Shown: piece by piece, positions 39,030 to 49,689 of the stretch
How positions within the stretch are numbered: position 1 is the stretch's first letter
Layout of the letters: each line of letters starts with the position of its first letter
Origin: Podarcis gaigeae
Lineage: Eukaryota
Strand: one strand, 5' to 3'
DNA length: 64,000 bases
Assembly: GCA_964106915.2 (NCBI GenBank)
Contig: OZ066915.1
Program-made: the position numbers and the translations under genes
Notes under the pieces: model-generated
The model's database searches: none
Told to the model about the DNA's origin: nothing
What the model saw: the letters and a program-made list of their open reading frames with translations, nothing else

Positions 39030-40573
39030 CTGAAAAGGAAAAGGAAAGTCTAATTTGGCATGAACAGTAAAAACAGAGGACAAAGCATGAGGAGAAAGTG
39101 CCCCCCCCCCCGGTGCTTCAAGAATAAATGAGGGTCTCATTCTGAGGTTTTTGAAAAATTCAGCTGTTTCAGCTTAAAATGTCAAACTCGGTCACTAAGT
39201 AGCTATGGTGAATGTAAACCAACAGCTTCAGGTCTGTGTTCTCCTCAAGCGGCACTGTAAGCCACAGGAACCGAGTGCAATGCTGATGCGACAAGAGTGA
39301 ACGTGTGGGCATGTGGCACAGAAGTAGGAAAATGGCCAGTGTTTTCCAAGAAAGCATCAGTAGCAGAACTAGGGCACAGGACAAACAAGGACAAGGTGAT
39401 AACATTGCTCTAACACCCCTCCCAATAATGATCCCTAGTTGGAATGTGGGGTCAGGAACAGAACACATTTGCAGCGCATTCCTAACCATGCCTACTCAGA
39501 AACAAGCCACACTGAATTCAATGGGGCTTGGTCCCAAGTAAGTGGGGTTAGTACTGCAGTCTTAATTACTAATCTTTACTGGGAGAGCATCAACATTGCT
39601 ATCAGAAAAGGTCATTTGGTCAGACACAATGCACACATTCAGGCTCTCCGTGCGAACCAGCAATGCTGTTGCTTGGGGGGGGGCAGGCGCTGTTCCAACT
39701 TTAAATCGACTAGCTTGTCAGCCTTGAGAATGAAGCTCTGCTGTTTAAACAGGAATGTTTGGTTTCTAGCAAAATGCCTGAAAGACTTCCGAACCACCAA
39801 AAGCCTTTTCGGAGAAACTGGTGCAATGGTAAGCATTCCTCTGCACGGGAGGTGGGGCGTGTGTCCATGGATTGCATGCCATTGCTATTAGGCAAGATTA
39901 GATATCCCTGACAGCAATGCTGCATTTGCATGTTGAACCTCACATTTTCCATAGGCCTTTCAGAAGTGATAGGAAATGAGAACAGGAAGGTCTACCCCCC
40001 CCCATGAGTCCTGTGCTTACACCTCTCCCCCGCCACTAAAATGAGAGCAGAAGCCATTGTGCTACTCCTGCCCTGAGACTCTTGTTTACCTGTGTGTGTC
40101 ATCTGCTTTACTGCAAAGCCATCCTATTACAGGAGGCGGTCTTCTACTAAGCCAGTTTATTAGGTCCACCAACCTCAGTCTCACCAACACTGACTAGCAG
40201 CAGCAGCTTCTCCATGGATTCAGACAGCCCTGCCTGGAGATGCTGGAGGTTGCACATGGGACCTTTTGCATCCAAAGCATGTGCTCTACCCCTGAACTAT
40301 AGCCCGTTCCAGTTTTGCTAGGTGTGTGGGGTGCATTGCAAGGGAGTGGCAGGAAGAGGGCGCTGTCCCCACCTGAGGACACCAGCTGCTTACTAACATC
40401 AGTAGAACATTCCATGCCCTGCCATCCTGTGCTCAAAGACGTTTATCCAGAAACTTAGTAATGGGGCAAATCCACCTCTGGAGATTATTCTTTTTTCAGT
40501 CCTCTACCCACCCCTATCCTATCTTTACCCTACAGTCTTAAAACCCATAACCAGACCAGTCTTCAGCACAAAC

Positions 40574-40813
40574 CTTGTGCAGCTCAAGAGGGGTGGGAGA
40601 CATGATTTCTTGGATCTCTTCCTTCATCATCTTAATCTCCAAATTCCTGTCATTTTTCTTGGTGGGAGTGACATTGGCATTGCCCTTCCCTTCACCTGAG
40701 CTCTTGGTGTTCCCTTTTCTTGGTGGGCTCAGTCCTGATTGGTTGACAGAGTTCATGAGCAACTTGCCCCCGTCAAGGTCTAGATTGTGTACACTCCCTG
40801 TCATGATGGATGC
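40574..40813 (-). CDS. GRIP2: GRIP2 coding exon (linker: ASIMTGSVHNL...EEIQEIMSPTPLELHK)
   Basis: cccatag|GCA acceptor, AAG|gtttgt donor; 240 nt, phase 0-0. Confidence 0.92.
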
Positions 40814-42477
40814 CTATGGGGGGGTAAGTAAAAAAACAACCACACACAGAGAGAGAACACAGTAAGCTCGGTGCAAGAAGCAGCATGAACAGTAAGGTTC
40901 AGGGCAAGACGAATGTCCCAACTCCTGCATCCTCTGCTTCAGGACCTCCCACCCAAACAAACGCTGGCAAGACAAAGTTCAGAGAGAGAACAGGGTGCCA
41001 TCGCTCAAGGACGCTTCAGGACTCTTTACTATGGGATGCTGCCAAATTGCAAACTCTGCTCAGGATTCATCATGAGTTCATTTGAATTGGCATTGATGAG
41101 ATATGCCAGCCCGCATGGACAACAAAATTTTGGCCGTGCACTTACAATTTATGGGAACTGGCCACAACACCACAATATCATGGCAAGACTTACTTCCCTA
41201 TTATGATTCTCCTTTTGGCCAATGCTAGATGCACACCAGGGTCAGGTGCATGCTGGGTTGAACACATTTGCTGTTTCTATGTGCACTTTCAACTGAATGC
41301 TATCTCAGTGTTTCCCATCCATGCTAGTGGGTGGTGCTTGGTGGGATGAATTCGCAGTGCGTGTTGTTGTTCCCTCATCTCCATTAATACTTCCACACCC
41401 GCCCAGAGTTCTGGAAACATGAGGCCCATTGTGGATGTGCACAAAATTATATGTTTACCTGCATATGTGGCCATTAACAAAAATTGTTACAAGTTTTCAT
41501 ATACACCAGATTTGCACAAAAGAGTAGGTTAAAAAAAAGAAGTTGTATTTTGAGCCCCACCAGCAACTCACCCTCTCTGAGTTTGAAAAACCTGAGGTCC
41601 ATATTGGACACGCAGGCAGGTATTTGCTTACTTTTACCTGTGACCCTTTTATAAATTTTGTTTTTGAGATCCAAGTTTTCTGATATACCAGACTTGCACA
41701 AAACAGCGAGTTAAGAACAAATGAAGTGTGTGTCATGACAGATCCATCAACAGCACACCGAGGAGCACCTCACCGACAGAAGTAGGGGGTGTGATGATAG
41801 ATGACACCCAGAAAAGTCACCACGCACATGAGAGATCCAACCCACCTCCATCATGTGCTTCAGTATGTCCACAGATGGGCAGTAAGCAATTTTATGTAGG
41901 ATTTTTGTCTCCTTACTGCATTATTGGGGAAATCTGAACTAAACAGGGGAAGTCCCACTTAGATGGGGACAATGTTATGTGTTCAATGCAATAAATATTT
42001 AATCCACTTTAAACTGCTATGTGTACCTAGCCTTACACATGGATGATAATTTGACCGCTTCAAGCACTTGAAATTCAGGAGCCATGCTTCTGACAAACAA
42101 AAAAAGGATGAAAATCCCAATTTTCTGCTTGGGAGAGCAGTGCTAGTTTGGATTATGCTGGCAAAGGCTAATATAGATTTTGGGGAAAACAAGTCTAACC
42201 TTCCTGTGTGCCTGTACCCTTGTAATACCTGCTCAACCTGCTCAAGATGCATCCTATAAGCTTCTAGTGATATTACCTTGAAAGGAAGCACACTTTATAA
42301 AGGGTGACACTCTGACTATGCAGGGAAGGGGGAATATAGAGCGCTCTGTTCACCCTGCCATTAGCTCCAGCTCCCATCAGTCACAACCAGAAAGACGCAG
42401 CTCAAGAAGAACCAAGAGGGGAACTTACTAGAAGTGGTACAGCTAGACACCCCTTCTGCTTTCAAAGGTTAATTTAC

Positions 42478-42598
42478 CTCAATCTCCCTCAAAAGCTCAG
42501 ACTGGCCGCATGTTTCCAAGTCCTCCAAAGCTTCTCCAAAAACATGCCAAAAATTATCCTCATGTGCAGTCTCAAGGCCATTTTGGCGGTTGGGATAT
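42478..42598 (-). CDS. GRIP2: GRIP2 coding exon ([41 protein letters not shown])
   Basis: aacag|A acceptor (phase 2), GAG|gtaaat donor; 121 nt; [18 protein letters not shown] is typical of GRIP2. Confidence 0.9.
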
Positions 42599-42813
42599 CT
42601 GTTGTAACGTAGGAACCAAAGATTGTCAGCACTCTTCTGGAGCAGGGTGGAAGCCACAAGGCTACAGCAAGTGGCTCGCCAGTAAAAGCAGAGACTTGGC
42701 AGAGTCTTCATATACAAAAGCAAACAATATGAACTTTTCAGGCAAGAGAGAGTCCAAATACAAAACCTCCATGCACTTTCACTAACAGGGCAAAAGTCCT
42801 TCAAGAGGAAGAA

Positions 42814-42862
42814 TTACACTGGTGTAGTAATGCCACGTTCAAAAGGGTAAAATAAAAAGGGC
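42814..42862 (-). CDS. GRIP2: Candidate alternative terminal GRIP2 exon segment (R-PFLFYPFERGITTPV*)
   Basis: Pyrimidine-rich acceptor ...cctaaacctacaatcttcctacag|G; in phase with the donor at 45552; predicted from sequence only. Confidence 0.4.
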
Positions 42863-42988
42863 CTGTAGGAAGATTGTAGGTTTAGGAAGACGTTTTGGTG
42901 AAATAGAGAAGTAAAAGAAAAAAAGGATGCATTATGGGTAAACCAGGAGCCTCAGAGACTGTTAGTACAAAGGCGGATGGGACAGAGT

Positions 42989-43010
42989 TCAGATCTGAGA
43001 CACAGAACAC
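42989..43010 (-). CDS. GRIP2: Candidate alternative terminal GRIP2 exon segment (R-CSVSQI*)
   Basis: Very strong acceptor ...ctctgtgtttttctctctcttctcag|G; in phase with the donor at 45552; predicted from sequence only. Confidence 0.4.
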
Positions 43011-43468
43011 CTGAGAAGAGAGAGAAAAACACAGAGGGTAACAGACGTGGTGAGAAAATGAGAAATACATCAGGTATCTGTGGGAGTATATAATGTAAAA
43101 AATGATGTATATAAAATGGCTTCCCCTAGACTAGGCAAGCAATTTAAACACTAAATGCAGAAATATACAGAGGGTTCAACAAGACTTATATCTCTCATTT
43201 TCGCGGGTCTGTAGTTATACTTTCAATAAATCTAAATGCTAATCTATTCTGCTGCCCCTGCTTATTATATACTTCTCCCTTGAAGAAGTAGAGAGGTTTG
43301 TGCTTGCTGATATCCACACCACCCTCTCTTTTTGGGGTAAAAAGGGGGCAAAACAGTCCTTTCCCCCTATATATAAGAGTCAGTTCCCCACGTTCCGCCC
43401 CATGCTTTTAACATTCAACCACACTCCTGGGAAACCCAGATATATTGAACTCAGTTTGGGGCTCCACT

Positions 43469-43599
43469 CAGTGGCGGAGAGCAGGCAGGGGCGGGGTTGG
43501 CGTGCGTCCTGGGGGCGGGGGCAGCCACGATGGCACCCCACCGGGATCACATTGCCAGGGGCGGTGCGCTCCCCCCACACTCCTCTTCCTCTGCCAGTG
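43469..43599. mobile_element. GC-rich 131-bp MITE with 8-bp TSD (hAT-like)
   Basis: Perfect TSD GCTCCACT (43461-43468, 43600-43607); termini CAGTGGCGGAG / CTCTGCCAGTG. Confidence 0.85.
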
Positions 43600-44689
43600 G
43601 CTCCACTGAGTGAAGCAGGCTTGAGTTTCAAATGGCTCCATTCACTTGGGACAAGAAGTGGGTGAGCCTACTGGTGTGCCACTTTACTTTCTGTGATTCG
43701 TTGCCATTTCTTCCCTTGAGGGAAAACCAAACCACTGCACTTAGTGCCACTGCGGTATGGAAGGTGAAGTCTGTTCTCCAACCCTGACACTGAATGGCCT
43801 GACAGGAAGACCCCAGAGCAGTGCAATGCCTCTGTCCACACACAAATAAGCTATTCTCGCGATGGGCATTTTGATAGGCTATTATCATTCGTCGGCACTT
43901 AAAAAATGGCTAAGTGCATAACTGCGATGCCTGCTTCATATTTGCGTGGACATTTCCATGTCACTTCTTAGATCGCTAAAGGGAGAGCAGCAATTAAAAA
44001 TGAACTAAAGTCATATGAAATGGTTTTGGAAATTCATGCCAAGGAAATGATTATTGTTTTAATGAATCAACACTACAAAGAACTGTGATACAAACAGAGG
44101 GAATGTTGAGTTGAAGGTTTGTGTTTTTAATTTTATGCAGTTGCCTTCTTCCATCCTCGCCCACTTTCCCTTATCCTTTGGACAGTCTTGTTTGGACCAA
44201 GACTGACTTTGTTTCACAGCTGCTTGCCAACCCAGATGTAGCCAGCACTTCAGAATTCCATCACAAACCACAGCAACTCGGGTAACCCAACGGAATGGCA
44301 AGGAATCTAAGGTCAAAGCAATCTGCAAGGTCTGTGGTTGGGCAGCCTTTCATGAACTGCTGAGGTGTGGAAGACAGCAGAGTGATGAGCAGTTAGGCCA
44401 TTTGCAGGTGGCAGATTCCTGAGTTATCACAGCAAACTGATTCGGGTCACTTGGCACCCATGAGCCATATGAGGACTATGCCAATCCCTTCTAGTTCAAA
44501 CTGGAAAATTAGTGGGATTAGTTCAGGCTGCATAGGCCACTCAAAACCTTACGGAATTGGTACCTCTCCCCTTGCCTTCCATTCCCATGTATACTTGCTA
44601 ATTTAATGCTGAACCCTGGGCTTCATCCAAACAGACTCTTACAGATGTCTAACATGCTGCACCTTAGTATTATTTTAACTCCATTTTAT

Positions 44690-44720
44690 GCGTGTGTGTG
44701 TATGTACGTATGTGCACGCT

Positions 44721-44762
<42 letters not shown>
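44690..44762. repeat. Compound (GT)/(GC)/(CA) alternating purine-pyrimidine microsatellite
   Basis: Seen directly. Confidence 0.9.
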
Positions 44763-44763
<1 letters not shown>

Positions 44764-45551
44764 CTCTTCTAACAACATTAGTGCATAGATCAGATTCCAG
44801 ATCTGCAATACTGGATTCCTGCTCACGTGAAAAACGTTGCACCAGTGAAAAAGGAACTCAGAAATGACTTTTTGGTGACAACATCACCAGGACACACTTT
44901 TGCATGTGATCTTTTATACCTACTGGTAATCAGACAAACAGAGGATAGATAAGATAGAGATAAAAATCAGCGTCATGTATAAGCATCCACCCTAGATTGC
45001 TTTCATATATGGCCTTTCACATACCTAGCAGCTCTGGGCTGCCATTTAGTCAACACCCAAAAGACCAAATGTGGGCCACACGTTAAAGGTTTTTCAATTT
45101 CTCTCCATTGCTTGAACGCCATTGTTAAGATGACACCCCACTGTAATGAAACTTAAGCCTGGGCGTTCAGAAAAGGTGAGACGCCGACTTCTAAATGCCA
45201 GCATTATTTCATTCCAATTAGAAATCCAACTTAAAATGACCACTCATTAGACCAGCCCAGCATTCCACTTGTAGTTCCATTTCTTCACTAAAAACACAGG
45301 TGAGGCCTGGGCTTTCTGTACGACGTGTCCCTTTTGGAATGTGGATGAATAAATAGATCTGAATGTTTTCATGTCAAATTCCTTCAGGAATAGTTGAAGC
45401 TGATATTGACCCCTTCCTTTGGGGGGAAGGATGGGGGACAAATCGAACGGAGTCAGGTAAGACATGTAGGCATGCCTCATCCTTGAGATCCATATGAATG
45501 CGCACACACAGGCCCATCCTTCCCCTTTGTTTTCTTACAAGCCTCACATAC

Positions 45552-45705
45552 CTGCTGGGCTTCTCCCAGTCATCTTCACTGAAACTGCCATCCATAAAGG
45601 GGTAACTCTTCCTGGGATCACCAGGAGGGGTACTGTTCTTCTGTCTGCTGGATCTCCATTCATGTGGGTGAAGTGCAATGCCAACAGCTTGCGGCAAGTA
45701 TGTAC
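45552..45705 (-). CDS. GRIP2: GRIP2 coding exon (G-TYLPQAVGIALHPHEWRSSRQ...SFSEDDWEKPS-R)
   Basis: cagtag|GT tandem acceptor (alternative start 45708), AG|gtatgt donor; 154 nt, phase 1-2 fits neighbours. Confidence 0.88.
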
Positions 45706-46114
45706 CTACTGGGATCCAATGGGGAGCAGAGAGACAAACAGGAAGGATCAGCTCGTTTTTACATGGCTACGTTGAGGAAAGACAATCTTATGGTTAAGTT
45801 AGCTGGATGGGAAGTCTGTCTCCCATTTCTAGTTCTGCAGTAGACATCCTATATGTCTAGGGGGGATTTAATTGTGCAACCAGATGGACAAAGCACCCTG
45901 CTTTGTCCATTTGCTGGTGAGGTTTGAATCCAAACCACACCTGTAAATGGACGTTGAAGGGGTTCGCTGTAACTGCTGACCCCATGGCAATGTTCGCTTG
46001 CGTAAACCTTTATCCCCCTCAGATATAAATGTATGAACTGGCCCTCAGCAATTCAAAATGGAGTTGGGAGGGAGGAGACAAACTAATGCATTCACACATT
46101 AAAGGCAGACTCAC

Positions 46115-46291
46115 CCTGACTTCCATAACCAGCATCAATGCCAGAACCGTCCCAGGATTCCATTGCACTGTCCACACTGGGGATTGTGGTAGAATAAATC
46201 TCAGAGAGTTTGCTAGTTTTCTGGGAATCAGTCAGGTCATCTTCTGGGTCACTCACTTCATTTATACTCCCAGACTGTTTCGGGTAAGTCC
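46115..46291 (-). CDS. GRIP2: GRIP2 coding exon (R-TYPKQSG...STTIPSVDSAMESWDGSGIDAGYGSQ-G)
   Basis: ccccag|GG acceptor, G|gtgagt donor; 177 nt; PSVDSA.ESW GRIP motif. Confidence 0.93.
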
Positions 46292-46390
46292 CTGGGGTCA
46301 AAATAAAGATGCACAGGTATGCACAAAAGGTTAGAGACATTTCTGTGAAGCTCTCCTGCTCTGTTTTTGTTATGTTATAATCACCAGCTA

Positions 46391-46740
46391 ATGGGTGGCA
46401 CTGTGGTCTAAACTACAGGGCCTAGGACTTGCTGATAAGAAGGTCGGCGGTTTGAATCTCCATGATGAAGTGAGCTCCAGTTCCTTGGTCCCTGCTCCTG
46501 CCAACCTAGCAGTATGAAAGCACTTCAAAGTACAAGTAGATAAATAGGTACCGCTCCAGCGGAAAGGTAAACAGCATTTCCGTGCGCTGCTCTGGTTCAC
46601 CAGAAGTGGCTTAGTCACGCTGGCCACATGACCCTGAAGCTGTACGCCGGCTCCCTTGGCCAGTAAAGCAAGATGAGCACCGCAACCCCAGAGTTGTCTG
46701 CGACTGGACCTCATGGTCAGGGGTCCCTTTACCTTTACCT
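46391..46740 (+). mobile_element. Sauria SINE (Squam1-like), near full length
   Basis: gggtggcactgtggtctaaact...ggggtccctttacctttacct; TAATGG occurs at both ends (TSD or microhomology). Confidence 0.93.
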
Positions 46741-49689
46741 TAATGGCTGGTAAGTCTCATATCAGGTTGCAGGCCCAATGTTGTGTTTTCCAGAAGATGG
46801 AGGGTCTGGTGTGCCCTGATGTTCCCTTATCCCTGTAGCAAGGAGGTGCTGCCCTTCTTTCCCCTTCACCCTGTAAGCCTTTTTGACCCATGGCAGCTTC
46901 AAGTTGCAGCAACCAAATGTGAAATGAAGAGTGGGAGAGCGGCTTTCCAGGTGTAAAAACCACACAGATCACGACTACTGCCAGCGTGTGATCGTAAGTG
47001 CATCTGCTTGCAAGTAAGTTCAGTGAAATCAAGTAAAAAGACTGATTTCCAAGTAAATGGCTTTTCTGATTTAGTGATTGTAAAGTGATTTATTCTTTAC
47101 TCAACACTTAAAACCACCATCACCTTGACAATTTTCTCTTTCACCTTAGAACATCTCCTGAGATAAAGACTGTACTTTAAAGAAAGGGGGGAGCCCACTA
47201 TAGTCTCCCCAAATTAGGATGGGTTAAATTGCTTAGAATGGAGTACTTGAGATGGCTGTGGAATTCCAATTTCAAATAGCTCAGGCTTAGAATGATTGAT
47301 AGGAATTCACTCTCCTCCGTTCATTTTGACTCATGTGTCATACGCAGAAAGTGCTCTAAAGAGCTTCTGTGAGTAAAAATATCATTATGACTGCTGGATG
47401 AGCTGTGCCAGCTATATCCTCTCTTGGGGAAAGCTCTGCGAAAGACTATTAACGTGTTTCACACCATAATAGCTAATGGTTGAGAGGTACAGAGATCATC
47501 TTTGGACTGTGAGAGCCGTTGGGGGATGGTGATTCCCAAACTCAGCTAAGGTTGGGTCTCTGTGTGAAAGAAACTGCAGTTTTTTAGGATGATGGAGTGA
47601 GCAGGAATGAGAGCACTGACATGGAGATTGGAAGGCACGTTGGAGAGCATGAAGGGATGGAGGAGAAATTCAATTTAGTTTGCATTTTAATAAGTCACTA
47701 CCTAATGTGCACCTCTTAAGAAGAGAAATTGGAAATCTATGAAATGTGCAAATCAAAGCACACCTATCCTTTGAAATTTGCAGTTCTCCGAATTTTGCAA
47801 CGCAATTCTCCATCCCAAACAATGTGTAGAATATATGTTAGGGGGAAGAATGCATTAAAATGCATATATTAATAAAGAGATACAAAAATGCATCATATTA
47901 GGGAAATTGCTTTCAAAAATGTGTACGTTAGTCAAAACTGCACACAAAAAGATTTTATTATTTATTAGGAGAAATTCTGACAAATTTTCACAGGGATTAA
48001 AAAAACAATAATTGCAAATTGCTGCAGAAACATGGCAAACTGAATTTAAGATTAAAATAATGAGAAAGTGAAATTGACAGATTTGACCATCCTTAGGTGC
48101 AGGTATTTCTCTCTGGGGGTCTGAGGTGACCCACCTGTCAGGAGTTGATCAACTCCACACATGGCTTTACTTTTATAGTTGTAAAATTAAATATTTTTAG
48201 AAATAGCACAATTCTCAAGTTTGGTCTCCTCCAAAAGCAAGTCAAACCTGAAAAGTGCTGCCTCTGCAACCTCCTGAGGAAGTTCCACAGCAGAAGAGCG
48301 TTTTTAAAGCACACCGATTTTAGTGGTAGCTTCTGCTTCCAGCAGAAACTGGGAACTACCTCTCTCCTCAAACACTTCAATTCCCCCCTCCCCAGTTGGC
48401 TCTAGGCAGGTCACAGGTCTTTTGAAGAAAAGAAAAAAAGAGAAAAGTGAGTGAGACTGGAGAGAAGTACAATAACGTATTGCAGTTGTCTTTGTTTATG
48501 GATGTCAGTACAACTCCTTGCAGCAGGAAAGAGACTTAAAGGAGATCAGAGGTGAGGGAGGTGTTTTATCTCTGCCAGAGTAAAAAGTGCTAAGAAAGCA
48601 AGAGGAAAAACTACACTCCGAGCAAGTAGGAGATCTAATTTATCAGTGGCTAGGAAGGAAAGTAGGAGGGACTGCACCCGGAAAATCCTCTGTGTTCATG
48701 AAGAGCTGAAAGACTGAATCAGAGAGGGAGGAAAATGGATGTGATTGAAATCTAATGGTCCCTTCAAGCATGAAAATTAAATTGCATGGTTATACTGTCA
48801 GGTTGTCTTCATTAAAAGCAAAGAACAGAAGGACAGAGGCCTATTTCTCAATTTTGCACATGAACATCAGTCAGGACTTTAAAGTGAACTTCAGCCCTTT
48901 CAAGACATTGGCTGAGCTCCTTAGTTTGGCAGGGAAGGTTGCTGCTGCATCAGAATTTCAAAAGTAAGGGACTCTGCAGAGACACACAGTCTGATGTGAG
49001 ATGCTTGACTGACAGGTGGTTGGCAGTGAAGGATGCCGATTAAGTTTTCCCCCAATTGGCTTTTCAGCAATTCTTTCAGAAACTTAATGCTGCGTCAAAG
49101 TGAGGCTGCTCGAACAGTGTTAAGGAAGGAGGGGAGAAATAAAAATCACTTTCCACATTGGCAGGTCTGAAGATGTTTTTTAAAGGGAAGCAGACAGCTC
49201 AAAATCTTAAACAGAATCTCAAGTGGGTGCTTGAGATTATACCTGTCAATGGAGTCACCTTTTGATCTTGGTGCTTTCGCCTCCTTCTCCTTGTTTTAAA
49301 GAAGTCTCCCAAGGAAACTAAGACATTTCCCCACAATCCAGTAGTCCAACACAACAGGGGCATTAACAGGAATAGTATTAAAGGGAACAGCAGTTTAATA
49401 ATGTAGACAGAGGATGCAACCATTATACAATGCATTTATGCCTTGACCTCATATATTTTTAAAGGTCCCCCCAATGTCCTTATGTCACGCATATGGCATC
49501 ATGCACCATGTGACATCACCTCCCCCCAATTCTCCTTCAGAAGCTGGTGCCTCTGAGCAAAGCAATACATTTGGCACCAGCTTGGCTGCAGGAGTTGCCA
49601 GAAGGAGGCATACAAGGCGCCATCCAATCTCTTAGGGACTCCACTCTGGATTTGTGTAGGGTTTACTTCCTAGCATTTTCTTCTCCCAA

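Noticed and set aside
46388-46714. Similar ORFs at 46388-46714 (-) and 63568-63930 (+) suggesting a small gene family
   Set aside because: Both are antisense translations of Sauria SINE copies.
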